From Pseudomonadota bacterium (GTDB lineage Bacteria > Pseudomonadota > Alphaproteobacteria > UBA8366 > JADFVY01), in contig JADFVY010000120.1 of the NCBI GenBank assembly GCA_015222795.1, positions 1 to 28,668 on the forward strand: DNA of 28,668 nucleotides, read 5' to 3'. The position numbers and the translations under genes were made by a program. Below the pieces are notes generated by a model. That model was not told the origin of the DNA. It made no database searches and saw only the letters and a list, made by a program, of their open reading frames with translations. Below, one piece after another: positions 17,300 through 27,036 of the stretch (its first letter is position 1; each line of letters begins with the position of its first letter).

Positions 17300-18028
17300 A
17301 TGGTGCAAACGCCACCGCCATCGCCGCGCGGCACCGGGCCGAACCGCTGGTTCTGGTTTCTGACCGTCGCAGTCGGGTTGACCGGCCTGGTCGTCTGGCT
17401 GATCGGCCGCTACCCCAACGCGCTCGATTCGCGCGATGCGATGATAAACATCACGCGCTACGGCGCGATCCTGCTGCTGGTGGCCAGCGGTATCCTGGGC
17501 AGCCGGACAATGAACGTGAAAAAGGCGGTGCGGGATATCGCGATCTGGGTCGCCATCCTGGCGGGCCTGGTCGCCCTGTATGGGTTCCGCTATGAGCTGG
17601 AAACATTGGGACTGCGAATCGCCGGCGAACTGGAGCCCTCGCGAGGCAACCAGACCACCAGCGGCGAAATGCTGTACCGACGTAGCGCCGACGGGCATTT
17701 CTATATTGACGCCACGGTGAACCGGCAACTGATCCGTTTCCTGGTGGACACCGGGGCGAGCGATATCGTGCTGAGCCCCGCGGACGCCGAACGAGCCGGC
17801 TTTAACCGGTCCGAACTGCTATTCAACCAACAGTACCAGACCGCCAACGGTATCGGTTGGGGCGCGCCGGTCGTGCTTCGCTCGATCCAGGCCGGCACGA
17901 TTCGCTTCAATGGCGTCGCCGCCTCGGTAAACGACGCGCCGATGTCGGAATCCCTTCTTGGGATGAGTTTCCTGGATCGGCTCTCCGGGTTCGAGGTCCG
18001 CGGCGATTCCCTGATCCTGCGGCCGTAG
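17300..18028 (+). CDS. Membrane-anchored retropepsin-like (clan AA, TIGR02281-type) aspartic protease
   Basis: Three N-terminal hydrophobic segments, DGHFYI, FLVDTGASDIVL (DTG), TANG, SLLGMSFL. Confidence 0.92.
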   Translation: MVQTPPPSPRGTGPNRWFWFLTVAVGLTGLVVWLIGRYPNALDSRDAMINITRYGAILLLVASGILGSRTMNVKKAVRDIAIWVAILAGLVALYGFRYELETLGLRIAGELEPSRGNQTTSGEMLYRRSADGHFYIDATVNRQLIRFLVDTGASDIVLSPADAERAGFNRSELLFNQQYQTANGIGWGAPVVLRSIQAGTIRFNGVAASVNDAPMSESLLGMSFLDRLSGFEVRGDSLILRP

Positions 18029-18036
18029 GGCGCAAC

Positions 18037-19404
18037 TTAATACGCATACTCGTCGAACAGCGGCTCGATATTGCGGTTCCAGCGGTTTTCATAGGCGTCC
18101 AGCAGTTCCTCGGCTGGGGTAATGCCGCTTTCCGCTATTTCGTCCAGGGCGTTCAGGAAATGCGCCTCGTCCTCGCCGAAGCTATCCCGCACGGCGCGGC
18201 CCTTGAGCCCATCCCTGGCGATGGCCAGCACGTCCTTGGCCAAATCCTGCATCGTACCGCCGCGGAATTTCGTCTTCAGCGCCAATTTGGGGGCCTCGTT
18301 GCGCAGCATCTCGCGCTCGTCCATCGACCAGTCGCGGCAAAGGCTCCAGGCCGCGTCCAGCGCCGCGTCGTCATACAGCAGCCCCACCCAAAGCGCCGGC
18401 AGCGCACAAAGCCGCCGCCACGGCCCGCCGTCGGCGCCACGCATTTCCAGGAAATGCTTCAGCCGCACCTCGGGGAAAGCGGTGGTCATATGGTCGACCC
18501 AGTCGGCGATACCGGGCGCCTGGCCCTCGAAGCCTTCCAGCTTGCCGGCCATGAAGTCGCGGAAGGATTTGCCGGCGACATCGATATAATTTCCGTCGCG
18601 GTAGACGAAATACATCGGCATATCGAGGAGATAATCGACCCAGCGCTCAAACCCGAACCCGTCCTCGAACACAAACGGCAGCATGCCGGACCGGTCGGGG
18701 TCGGTGTCGGTCCAGATCTGGCTGCGATAGCTGAGGTATCCGTTGGGTTTGCCCTCGGTAAAGGGCGAATTGGCGAACAGCGCGGTCGCGATCGGCTGCA
18801 GCGCCAGCGCGACGCGGAATTTCTTGACCATGTCGGCCTCGGACGAAAAGTCCAGATTCACCTGCACCGTGCAGGTCCGGGTCATCATGTCGAGCCCCAG
18901 ATTGCCGCGTGTCGGCATATAGCGGCGCATTATCTTGTAGCGCCCCTTGGGCATCCACGAAACATCGTCGCGGGTCGCCTTGGGGTGAAAACCGAGGCCG
19001 ATCATCCCGGCGCCGATCTCGCCGCATATTTCCTTCACCTCGCGCAGATGTTCGTTCACCTCGTAGCAAGTCTGATGCATGTTCTCCAGCGGCGCGCCGG
19101 AAAGCTCGAACTGGCCGCCGGGCTCCAGCGTGATCGAACAGCCGTCGGCCATGCGCAGCGCGATGATATTGTCGCCCTCGCAGACCGGCTCCCAACCAAA
19201 GCGCTTCAGCCCTTCCAGCAACACTCTGATGCCAGGCGCGCCCTCATAGGCCAGCGGCTTGTGGTTCGCCAGGTCGTAGCCGAATTTCTCATGCTCCGTG
19301 CCAATGCGCCAGGCCTCGCGGGGCTTGTTTCCACGCTCCATATAATCGAGCAGTTGCTGCTTGTCTGTAATGAGGCTACCGCCGTTGTTGGATGGTGCTG
19401 ACAT
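18037..19404 (-). CDS. gshA: Glutamate-cysteine ligase (alphaproteobacterial/plant type)
   Basis: [63 protein letters not shown]. Confidence 0.95.
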   Translation of the reverse strand: MSAPSNNGGSLITDKQQLLDYMERGNKPREAWRIGTEHEKFGYDLANHKPLAYEGAPGIRVLLEGLKRFGWEPVCEGDNIIALRMADGCSITLEPGGQFELSGAPLENMHQTCYEVNEHLREVKEICGEIGAGMIGLGFHPKATRDDVSWMPKGRYKIMRRYMPTRGNLGLDMMTRTCTVQVNLDFSSEADMVKKFRVALALQPIATALFANSPFTEGKPNGYLSYRSQIWTDTDPDRSGMLPFVFEDGFGFERWVDYLLDMPMYFVYRDGNYIDVAGKSFRDFMAGKLEGFEGQAPGIADWVDHMTTAFPEVRLKHFLEMRGADGGPWRRLCALPALWVGLLYDDAALDAAWSLCRDWSMDEREMLRNEAPKLALKTKFRGGTMQDLAKDVLAIARDGLKGRAVRDSFGEDEAHFLNALDEIAESGITPAEELLDAYENRWNRNIEPLFDEYAY

Positions 19405-19432
19405 ATGTCGGGCCTTGCTTGCTGTATCTGTT

Positions 19433-20179
19433 TCAGTGACGTCCCGGAGGACGGTTTTGCCAGTCGCCCAGCACGGCCTGCCAACAGGCCAGCGCCGCCA
19501 ACGCGGCGGTGTCGGCCCGAAGAATCCGTGGCCCCAACCCGACGGCGCTTACATTGGGAAATTTATGCAGCGCGTCAAGCTCCGTTTGATCAAATCCACC
19601 CTCGGGGCCGGTCAGGACCGCCCAGGGTCCGCCGGAGCCACTTTCCCGCAGAAAATCGTGGATCGGCGCGGCTTCCCCGGCCTCGGCGCAAAGCAGAATA
19701 CGGCGTTCGGCGGGCCATGAATCAAGAATTTGTGATAACGGCCGCGCGTTCTCGATGCGCGGCACGGTCAGCCGTTCGCATTGCTCGGCGGCCTCGATGG
19801 CGTTGGCCGCCATGCGTTCGCGTTTGACGCGCTCGACCACGGTGCGCCGGGTAATCGCGGGCATCAGGGCCGAAACGCCCAGTTCCGTTGCTTTCTGGAC
19901 CAGGAAATCCAGCGGCGCGCGCTTCACCGGCGCGAAGACCAGCCAGAGGTCGGGCTCCGGCGCCTGCGGGCGAGTCTGGCTGTCGACTGCGAGGATGGCC
20001 GATTTCTTGCCGACCGCGTCGATATGCGCCAGCCATTCCCCGTCACGCCCGTTGAACAGCGCCACCGGAGCGCCGGGCGCCAGACGCAACACGTGAATCA
20101 GGTAATGGGCCTGGTCGCGGCTGCATTCGATCGCCGCGCCGTTGGCAAGATCGCCTTCGATGAACAACCTGATATTCAA
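19433..20179 (-). CDS. rsmE: 16S rRNA m3U1498 methyltransferase
   Basis: [53 protein letters not shown]. Start placed at TTG 20179 (GGAG 7 nt upstream); the track start is 20224. Confidence 0.94.
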   Translation of the reverse strand: MNIRLFIEGDLANGAAIECSRDQAHYLIHVLRLAPGAPVALFNGRDGEWLAHIDAVGKKSAILAVDSQTRPQAPEPDLWLVFAPVKRAPLDFLVQKATELGVSALMPAITRRTVVERVKRERMAANAIEAAEQCERLTVPRIENARPLSQILDSWPAERRILLCAEAGEAAPIHDFLRESGSGGPWAVLTGPEGGFDQTELDALHKFPNVSAVGLGPRILRADTAALAALACWQAVLGDWQNRPPGRH

Positions 20180-20243
20180 TAATATACTCCGTGATGCGTC
20201 GTCGAAGCTTGTCCCGTAGGCCAAGGGGCGTCAAGATTAGCCC

Positions 20244-21182
20244 ATGAACGATCCCGCGCAAAGCAACGCCGACGCTTCCGATATTCCAAACGAAAGCTGG
20301 GTCGACCGTTACGCCCCGGCGGGGGCGCGGCCCTGGATGCGATTGGCGCGGCTGGACCGGCCGATCGGGACCTGGCTGTTGCTGCTGCCCTGCTGGTGGA
20401 GTCAAGCGCTGGCAACGGCCTCCGGGCCGCACCCGGCATGGCCCAACCCGTGGTATATCCTGCTGTTTGCCGTCGGCGCATTGGTGATGCGTGGGGCTGG
20501 CTGCACCTGGAACGACATCACCGACCGGGAGTTCGATGCGCAAGTCGCGCGTACCGCGACTCGGCCTATTCCCAGCGGCGAGGTTAGCGTGCGCGGGGCG
20601 ATTATTTTCCTGGTGTTGCAGATGCTGATCGGGCTGGCGGTGCTGATCAGTTTCAATCCCTTCGCCATCGCGGTCGGGGCGGCCTCGCTGCTGCTGATTT
20701 TCCCCTACCCCTTCATGAAGCGCGTCACCTGGTGGCCACAGGCCTGGCTTGGTCTGACCTTCAACTGGGGCGCGCTGGTCGGTTGGGCGGCGGTGGCGGG
20801 AAGCCTGTCACCGGCGCCGCTGCTGATGTATGCGGCAGGTTTCTTCTGGACGCTGGGCTACGACACGATCTACGCCCATCAGGACAAGGAGGACGATGCG
20901 CTGATCGGCGTCAAATCCAGCGCAAGGCGACTGGGCGGTCGGACCCGGCCATTCCTGTTTCTGTTTTACGGGGTAACGGTGATACTGCTGGCCGCATCCG
21001 GCTGGGCCGCCGGCATGGCCTGGCCATTCTATGTCGGATTGGCGGCTGCGGCTCTGCAGTTGGCATGGCAGGCGGCGGATGTCGACATAGACTCGCCGCA
21101 AGACTGCATGGCCAAGTTCAAATCCAATAAATGGTTCGGGCTGATTCTGCTGGCTGGAATTATCGCGGCCGGCGGGATCTGA
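20244..21182 (+). CDS. ubiA: 4-hydroxybenzoate polyprenyltransferase
   Basis: LARLDRPIGTWLLLLPCWW, MRGAGCTWND..DR.FD..V.RT..RPIPSG, YPFMKR, YDTIYAHQD.EDD..IGVKS. Confidence 0.96.
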   Translation: MNDPAQSNADASDIPNESWVDRYAPAGARPWMRLARLDRPIGTWLLLLPCWWSQALATASGPHPAWPNPWYILLFAVGALVMRGAGCTWNDITDREFDAQVARTATRPIPSGEVSVRGAIIFLVLQMLIGLAVLISFNPFAIAVGAASLLLIFPYPFMKRVTWWPQAWLGLTFNWGALVGWAAVAGSLSPAPLLMYAAGFFWTLGYDTIYAHQDKEDDALIGVKSSARRLGGRTRPFLFLFYGVTVILLAASGWAAGMAWPFYVGLAAAALQLAWQAADVDIDSPQDCMAKFKSNKWFGLILLAGIIAAGGI

Positions 21183-21194
21183 CCCATCCCGCGA

Positions 21195-21581
21195 TCACAG
21201 CTTGTCGATCACGCCCTTGATGATGTCCCGCACCTCGCCGGCGATGGCGCCGAGATCGGCGTTCTCGATGGCGGACATGGAGGCGATCGGGTCGACCGCC
21301 GACACCTCGACCTTACCCTCTTCCTTCTGCTGGATGACGAAATTGCACGGCAGCATCACGCCGATCTTGTTTTCGCATTGCAGCGCCTTGTAGGCGAAGG
21401 CGGGATTACAGGCGCCGAGAATGGTGTAGCGCGGGATATCGACGTCCAGCGCGCCCTTCAGTTTTTCGCTGACCGGGATCGTGCACAAGATGCCAAACCC
21501 GATGCCCTGTAACGCGGCGGTAACATCGTCGATGGCCTGGTCGAACGAACGGTCAATGGTCTTGCTGAAATGGTATGACAT
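21195..21581 (-). CDS. DUF302 family protein
   Basis: Characteristic YTILGACNP.FA and IG.MLPCN.VI motifs, 128 aa, RBS GAGGAA. Confidence 0.88.
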   Translation of the reverse strand: MSYHFSKTIDRSFDQAIDDVTAALQGIGFGILCTIPVSEKLKGALDVDIPRYTILGACNPAFAYKALQCENKIGVMLPCNFVIQQKEEGKVEVSAVDPIASMSAIENADLGAIAGEVRDIIKGVIDKL

Positions 21582-21754
21582 ATTTCCTCACGATAAATTA
21601 TCTGGTTTTTCACGGGTCGGCCGCGCAACCGCGCGTCACCCTCTTATAGTATTGGCGAGACCGGTGTCACGGTCTTTACCCGTTAAGCCCTGCTTAAGTT
21701 GTATCCTGTACAAATAACCTCGAGTTTTCGAAAACGTGACGTAGGAAGATTAAA

Positions 21755-22150
21755 ATGAAACAGCTTACCCGTATTGCCTTGGCATTTGCGTTTGTCGTGA
21801 TGGTGCCCCTGACCGCCTTTTCCGCCGAGGCCGAAGTCTCTCGCGCGCAATTTACCTCTTCGATGCTCGATCGTGAACCCACCGATGAACTTTCAGCCAT
21901 CGCCTTGAATACGGAAAAGATGTTCTTCTTCACCGAACTGCGCAATATGGATGGCAAGACGGTGACCCATCGCTGGTCGCTTAACGGCGCGGTCATGGCC
22001 GAGGTCAGCTTCAACGTGCGGGCCTCCCGCTGGCGGGTTTATTCCAGCAAGACGCTGCTCCCGGAATGGCGTGGCGACTGGGTTGTCGACGTTCTCGACG
22101 ACGCAGGCACGGTAATTGAGACCAAAACCGTGAGCTACAGCGCGCAGTAA
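21755..22150 (+). CDS. Secreted DUF2914-like protein
   Basis: Signal peptide (..AFSAEA), then RAQFTSSM.DREP, FFTEL, VTHRW..NG, RWRVYSSK, G.W.VDV: a beta-sandwich pattern recalled for DUF2914. Confidence 0.8.
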   Translation: MKQLTRIALAFAFVVMVPLTAFSAEAEVSRAQFTSSMLDREPTDELSAIALNTEKMFFFTELRNMDGKTVTHRWSLNGAVMAEVSFNVRASRWRVYSSKTLLPEWRGDWVVDVLDDAGTVIETKTVSYSAQ

Positions 22151-22154
22151 TCGT

Positions 22155-22889
22155 TCAGTTCCGCCCGGCCCGGCCCGATTCGGTGCCGGCCGGCCGGGAC
22201 GGATGCCCAAAGGGAACGGCGCCGGTTGAGATCGCCTCGGTGCAGGCGGCCCTGAAATCCGGATCGCCGACCAGTTTCAGCACGAATTCATCAGCGCCGT
22301 CGCCGGGCGAAAACCGTTCCCGCACTATTTCCAGCACTTCCGCAGTCGTCAGCGCCTTCGGGCGGCGCCCTTTCGCCGGCACGGCGGACAGCGCCACCGC
22401 GTCTCCATCATGCATCAGATGGCCGTTCACCCCGACATAGAGATGGACGAAATCCAGGTCCGTCCCGCAGTCGAGCGCCAGCCCGATATCCTCGATCACC
22501 GCATATTCGTATTTGGCGGCGTAAAGTTCGGTGCCGTGCATGAGATCGAGTTGCCGTTCGTCCAGCCAGTTCACAGACAGGGTCGCTTGCGCGCCCAGCG
22601 CGCGCTGCAGCATGGCGGGAACCGACCCGTAGCCGGTGATATGGGCCGAATAATAAATGTCGAAATCCCTCAATTGCGCGCGCTGGACCGGGATTTCCCC
22701 CTTGTCGCCGAACTTGCGCGTCAACTGTTCCGGGGACTGGTTCGACCCGATCGCCAGCACCGGCGTCCTGTCCTTTCGCATCGCGGGTTCGAAGGCGGTT
22801 ACCGCGCCGCGCCGCCAGACATAGGATCCCTCGGGGATCGCGTAGGGATAGCCGCGGGCGCGGGCGAGCCTGGCCTCGGTTTCAGGCAT
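22155..22889 (-). CDS. Hypothetical protein, 244 aa, possibly gamma-glutamylcyclotransferase-like fold
   Basis: Long ORF with host-like codon usage, 5 nt downstream of the DUF4170-like gene. Start moved to ATG 22889. Motif VLAIGSNQSPEQL and ..LDERQLDLMHGTE resemble the GGCT (Y/F)GSN loop and the later catalytic Glu. The fold call is inference. Confidence 0.75.
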   Translation of the reverse strand: MPETEARLARARGYPYAIPEGSYVWRRGAVTAFEPAMRKDRTPVLAIGSNQSPEQLTRKFGDKGEIPVQRAQLRDFDIYYSAHITGYGSVPAMLQRALGAQATLSVNWLDERQLDLMHGTELYAAKYEYAVIEDIGLALDCGTDLDFVHLYVGVNGHLMHDGDAVALSAVPAKGRRPKALTTAEVLEIVRERFSPGDGADEFVLKLVGDPDFRAACTEAISTGAVPFGHPSRPAGTESGRAGRN

Positions 22890-22894
22890 GCGGT

Positions 22895-23269
22895 TCAGAC
22901 GTGGTCGATTCGATAGCGCACATGCGCGTCGTCGATATGTTTCCACGACATTTGCTGCCACAGGGCCTGCGCTTCCTTATAGGACTGGAACGGACCGTAG
23001 CGTTCTTCCTGCTGGCCACTCGCCATATCCACAAAACCGGTATCGGCGTATTCTCCGCCGACAACCCAGTAGGCGCGGGCGTCCTCGGTGTCGATGGTAT
23101 AGCGGACATGGGCGTCGTCGATATGCTCCCACGACAGGCGCGCCCATTCATCCTTGGCGTCGTCGTAGGCCGCGAACGGGCCATGCCGTTCGGGCGCGCC
23201 GCCGCCCGCGATCATAATAAAATCCGTATCGGCATACTCGCCGCCCACTACCCAGAATGTCTTGGCCAT
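22895..23269 (-). CDS. Tandem double DUF4170-like domain protein, 124 aa
   Basis: Two 55-aa repeats (WVVGGEYADT.F...ER.GPF..Y..A...W...SW.HIDDAHVRY.I), 33/55 identical by hand. Start moved to ATG 23269, after a purine-rich RBS. Confidence 0.82.
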   Translation of the reverse strand: MAKTFWVVGGEYADTDFIMIAGGGAPERHGPFAAYDDAKDEWARLSWEHIDDAHVRYTIDTEDARAYWVVGGEYADTGFVDMASGQQEERYGPFQSYKEAQALWQQMSWKHIDDAHVRYRIDHV

Positions 23270-23394
23270 TTGCTCTCTCTCCACTTGACGGTCTTTCAAT
23301 ATCATAACCAGCCGCCAGGATGAAGACTCCGCGCGGGCTTGACGCCGCGCGCCTGAGAGTCTGTAAAGGGCGGGAACAATCCGGCGCGCGCATC

Positions 23395-24903
23395 ATGCCC
23401 TATTCATCCCTTCGCGATTTTCTCGACCATCTGGAAAGCAGCGGCCGTTTGGTGCGGGTTTCCGCGCCGGTATTGGCGGAGCTGGAGATCACCGAAATCC
23501 AGACCCGGCTGCTGGCCGAGGGCGGCCCGGCGGTGCTGTTCGAAAACGTGGTAGGCGCCGATGGGCAAAAATACGACATGCCGGTGCTGGCCAACCTCTT
23601 CGGCACGACCGAGCGCGTCGCCTGGGGCATGGGGCGCGAACCGCATGAACTGCGCGAAGTCGGCGAATCGCTGGCCTTCCTGCGCCAACCGGAACCGCCG
23701 GGCGGCTGGCGCGAGGCCATGGACATGCTGCCGATGGTGAAAACCGTCATGGCCATGAAGCCAAAAACGATCAGCCACGCGCCCTGCCAGGAAGTGGTGC
23801 TACAGGGCGATGACATCGACCTTTCAATGCTGCCGATCCAGACCTGCTGGCCCGGCGAGCCGGCGCCGCTGATCACCTGGCCGCTGGTGGTCACCAGGGG
23901 GCCGGGCAAAAAACGCGAGGACGACCATAATCTGGGCATCTACCGGATGCAGGTGACCGGCCGCAACACGACGCTGATGCGCTGGCTGAAACATCGCGGC
24001 GGGGCGCAGCATCACGCGCGCTGGAAACAGGAAATGAGCGAACCACTGCCGGTTGCCGCCGTGATCGGCGCAGATCCGGGAACCATCCTGGCCGCCGTGA
24101 CGCCGATTCCCGATACCCTGTCGGAATATCAGTTCGCCGGCCTGCTGCGTGGGCAAAAGGTGGAGCTGGTGGATTGCAAGACGATCCCGCTGAAAGTTCC
24201 GGCACAGGCGGAAATCGTGCTGGAAGGCCATGTGTCGCTACAGGATTATGGCGACGAAGGCCCCTATGGCGACCATACGGGCTATTACAATTCGGTCGAA
24301 TCCTTCCCGGTTTTCACGATATCCGCCATCACCATGCGCAAGGACCCGATCTATCTGAGCACCTTCACCGGGCGGCCGCCGGACGAGCCCAGCGTGCTGG
24401 GCCAAGCACTGAACGAAGTGTTCATCCCGCTGCTGCAACAGCAATTCCCGGAAATCACCGATTTCTGGCTGCCGCCGGAGGGCTGTTCCTACCGTATCGC
24501 GGTGGTGTCGATGAAGAAGGCCTATCCCGGCCATGCCAAGCGGGTGATGATGGGCGTCTGGTCTTATCTGCGCCAGTTCATGTACACGAAATGGGTCATC
24601 GTGGTGGATGACGACATCGACGCCCGGGACTGGAAGGAAGTCATGTGGGCGATCTCGACCCGCATGGACCCGGCCCGCGACATCACGCTGGTCGAGAACA
24701 CCCCGATCGACTATCTGGATTTCGCCAGCCCTGAATCGGGGCTGGGCTCGAAGATCGGCCTGGATGCCACCGATAAATGGCCGCCCGAAACCAAGCGTGA
24801 ATGGGGCCGCCAGATCCGCATGAGCGACGAGGTGATCGAAAAGGTCAACGCCATGTGGCCCGAGCTCGGCCTGCCGGGAAGCGGAAAGCCGATCTGGAAA
24901 TGA
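23395..24903 (+). CDS. ubiD: UbiD-family prenylated-FMN decarboxylase (3-polyprenyl-4-hydroxybenzoate carboxy-lyase)
   Basis: [82 protein letters not shown]. Start moved to ATG 23395. Confidence 0.96.
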   Translation: MPYSSLRDFLDHLESSGRLVRVSAPVLAELEITEIQTRLLAEGGPAVLFENVVGADGQKYDMPVLANLFGTTERVAWGMGREPHELREVGESLAFLRQPEPPGGWREAMDMLPMVKTVMAMKPKTISHAPCQEVVLQGDDIDLSMLPIQTCWPGEPAPLITWPLVVTRGPGKKREDDHNLGIYRMQVTGRNTTLMRWLKHRGGAQHHARWKQEMSEPLPVAAVIGADPGTILAAVTPIPDTLSEYQFAGLLRGQKVELVDCKTIPLKVPAQAEIVLEGHVSLQDYGDEGPYGDHTGYYNSVESFPVFTISAITMRKDPIYLSTFTGRPPDEPSVLGQALNEVFIPLLQQQFPEITDFWLPPEGCSYRIAVVSMKKAYPGHAKRVMMGVWSYLRQFMYTKWVIVVDDDIDARDWKEVMWAISTRMDPARDITLVENTPIDYLDFASPESGLGSKIGLDATDKWPPETKREWGRQIRMSDEVIEKVNAMWPELGLPGSGKPIWK

Positions 24904-24929
24904 AAACGGCGGGACATGCAGCCCCGCCG
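24903..24929 (-). terminator. Putative intrinsic terminator for the DsrE-like gene
   Basis: CGGCGGG (24907-24913) / CCCGCCG (24923-24929) 7-bp stem with a 9-nt loop, followed by TTTT on the minus strand (AAAA at 24903-24906), between convergent genes. Confidence 0.45.
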
Positions 24930-24958
24930 GATTCCTGAACTGATGATCTCCGCGCGAT

Positions 24959-25411
24959 TTACGGCCGCACGTAGATCCAGCCCTCCTCCTGTAGCTCCAT
25001 CAGCCGCACAACACCGGACGTCACCTGGGTGGCCTCGGAAATCAGCTGGACTTCCTTGCCTTCCTTTTTATTCATGGCCTTCATGGTGTTGCCGCAGGCG
25101 GAAAACGCCAGGTTGTCCTGTTCCAGCGACATGGCGGCGATCCGCGTTTTCACCGGCGACGTGTCTTCGCGTAACATGTGCAATCCTGGTCCATGGGCAA
25201 CGATCTCGATTTTCACATCCTCGCCTTTCTCACGATAATACTTCGTCGCAAACTTCGCGTTGTTGAGGGCGATATTCATTTTCACCGGATCGTTTTCGTC
25301 AACATGAATCGCAAGATAATGCATCTTGCCCTCCGCCATCGCAGGCTGGGCGACAGCGGTAACAACAAGGCCGGTAAGAGCGAGGGCGACCGCCAAAAAA
25401 CCGTTTTTCAT
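24959..25411 (-). CDS. Periplasmic DsrE/DsrF-like family protein
   Basis: Sec signal peptide (..QPAMA), IHVDENDP, ALNNA, IEIVAHGPGL.ML, conserved ACGNTM, SGVV.LMELQ.EGW.Y.RP. Confidence 0.88.
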   Translation of the reverse strand: MKNGFLAVALALTGLVVTAVAQPAMAEGKMHYLAIHVDENDPVKMNIALNNAKFATKYYREKGEDVKIEIVAHGPGLHMLREDTSPVKTRIAAMSLEQDNLAFSACGNTMKAMNKKEGKEVQLISEATQVTSGVVRLMELQEEGWIYVRP

Positions 25412-25449
25412 TGATATTCCTCCCGGAAGTATTTGTATGTTGTTGTAAT

Positions 25450-25473
25450 TTCGATCACATCCATATGATCGAA
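25450..25473. promoter_or_regulatory. Inverted repeat in the AT-rich divergent promoter region (possible operator)
   Basis: TTCGATCA-N8-TGATCGAA is a perfect 8-bp inverted repeat ~40 nt upstream of the DsrE-like start. A second, imperfect 11-bp IR is at 25492-25520. Confidence 0.4.
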
Positions 25474-25640
25474 TTTGATTAAACTGTAACTCATGAATTT
25501 TTCAAATGCAAAATTTCGTGATCTCGCCGTAACCGCGATAAAGGCGCCGCTGGCATATGTCGCGAAGCACCGCTATACAGGCTGATTAATAGGGCCCGCA
25601 TCTGCCGGGGTGGGAAAATCAGACGGGGAGACCGAGTTTC

Positions 25641-27017
25641 ATGGCAAAGCGCGAGCCGCCGCAGCCCAAGCTGACGGAAACCGACGACGCCCTGAATTTG
25701 CTGGACGATCTCGTCGCGCGCGCGCGACACGCCGGCGCGGACGAGGCGGATGCCGTGCTGGCGAACGGGATTGCCGTTTCGGTTGGACAGCGCATGGGCA
25801 AGCGCGAAAAGATGGAGCGCGCGGAGGGCAACGACCTGGGCCTCAGGGTTTTCGTCGGCAAGAGGCAAGCAATCGTCAGTTCCAGCGACTGGACTTCCGA
25901 AAGACTGGACGAGTTGGTCGAGCGCGCGCTGGCGATGGCGAAGTCGGTGCCGGAGGACCCATATTGCGGGCTGGCCGGCGAGAACGACGTATTTCTCGGA
26001 CCGCTGATCGACCCCGATATCTGCGACGATACCGAGCCCAGCACGGCTCAGCTTGGCACCCGCGCAAAACAGTGCGAGGACGCCGCCCGTTCGGTCCCCG
26101 GCGTGACCAACTCCGAGGGCGCGGAGGCAAGCTGGAGTCTGAGCGAGATATCGATCCTCGCATCCAACGGCTTCGCCGGCAGCTACACAACCTCTCGCCA
26201 TTCCATCGGCGCCGCCGTACTGGCCGGTCGGGATACCGAGATGGAGCGCGACTATGATTTTTGCACGACGGTTCATCTGATTGACCTGGACGAACCCGAG
26301 GATATCGGGGTCAGCGCCGGCGTGCGCGCGACCAGCAGGCTGGGCGCCAGAAAGGTGGAGACCACCAGGGTTCCCATCGTCTATGACCCGCGCGTCGCCA
26401 GTTCGCTGGTCAGTCATTTTGCCTCGGCGGCAAACGGAAACTCGGTCGCCCGCGGCACCAGTTTCCTGAAGGACCGCATGGCCGAGCAGGTGTCCGCCGA
26501 AGGCGTCACCATTGTCGACGATCCGCAACGCCCGCGCGGATTGCGGTCCAAGCCGTTCGACGCCGAGGGCATGGCCAATCCGGAAATGACGCTGGTCGAG
26601 GAAGGACGGCTCAGAAACTGGATTCTCGATCTGCGATCGGCGCGCCAGTTGGGCCTGTCCACCACCGGGCGCGCCTCGCGCGGAACCTCCTCGCCGCCAA
26701 GCCCGTCGGCCACTAATTTATACATGCGGCCCGGCAAGATGACGGCGGGTGACCTGATCGGCGACATCAAGGATGGTTTCTATGTCGTTGAACTGATCGG
26801 CATGGGCGTGAACATGGTGACCGGAGATTACAGCCGGGGCGCCGCCGGATTCTGGATCGAAAACGGCGAGGTGACCTATCCGGTAAGCGAGATCACCATC
26901 GCCGGGAACTTGAAGGACATGTTCATGAACCTGACCCCGGCCAGCGACCTGGAATTCCGTTACGGCATCAACGCCCCGACCATCCGCGTCGAGGGCATGA
27001 CGATCGCGGGCGCCTGA
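25641..27017 (+). CDS. pmbA: TldE/PmbA family protein
   Basis: LG.RVF.GKRQA..SSSD, GV.NSEG, MERDY, RG..S.PFD.EG, G.NMVTGDYS.GA.GFWIENGE, EITIAGNL..MF. No HExxxH, as expected for TldE. Confidence 0.93.
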   Translation: MAKREPPQPKLTETDDALNLLDDLVARARHAGADEADAVLANGIAVSVGQRMGKREKMERAEGNDLGLRVFVGKRQAIVSSSDWTSERLDELVERALAMAKSVPEDPYCGLAGENDVFLGPLIDPDICDDTEPSTAQLGTRAKQCEDAARSVPGVTNSEGAEASWSLSEISILASNGFAGSYTTSRHSIGAAVLAGRDTEMERDYDFCTTVHLIDLDEPEDIGVSAGVRATSRLGARKVETTRVPIVYDPRVASSLVSHFASAANGNSVARGTSFLKDRMAEQVSAEGVTIVDDPQRPRGLRSKPFDAEGMANPEMTLVEEGRLRNWILDLRSARQLGLSTTGRASRGTSSPPSPSATNLYMRPGKMTAGDLIGDIKDGFYVVELIGMGVNMVTGDYSRGAAGFWIENGEVTYPVSEITIAGNLKDMFMNLTPASDLEFRYGINAPTIRVEGMTIAGA

Positions 27018-27036
27018 ACGGTATTACGTCACCCTG

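Noticed and set aside
17857-19401. 514-aa plus-strand ORF
   Set aside because: Antisense shadow of gshA, with no recognisable domain.
22164-22198. GC-rich hairpin at the DUF2914/hypothetical convergence
   Set aside because: It lies within a coding 3' end made of low-complexity CCGG runs and has no U-tract.
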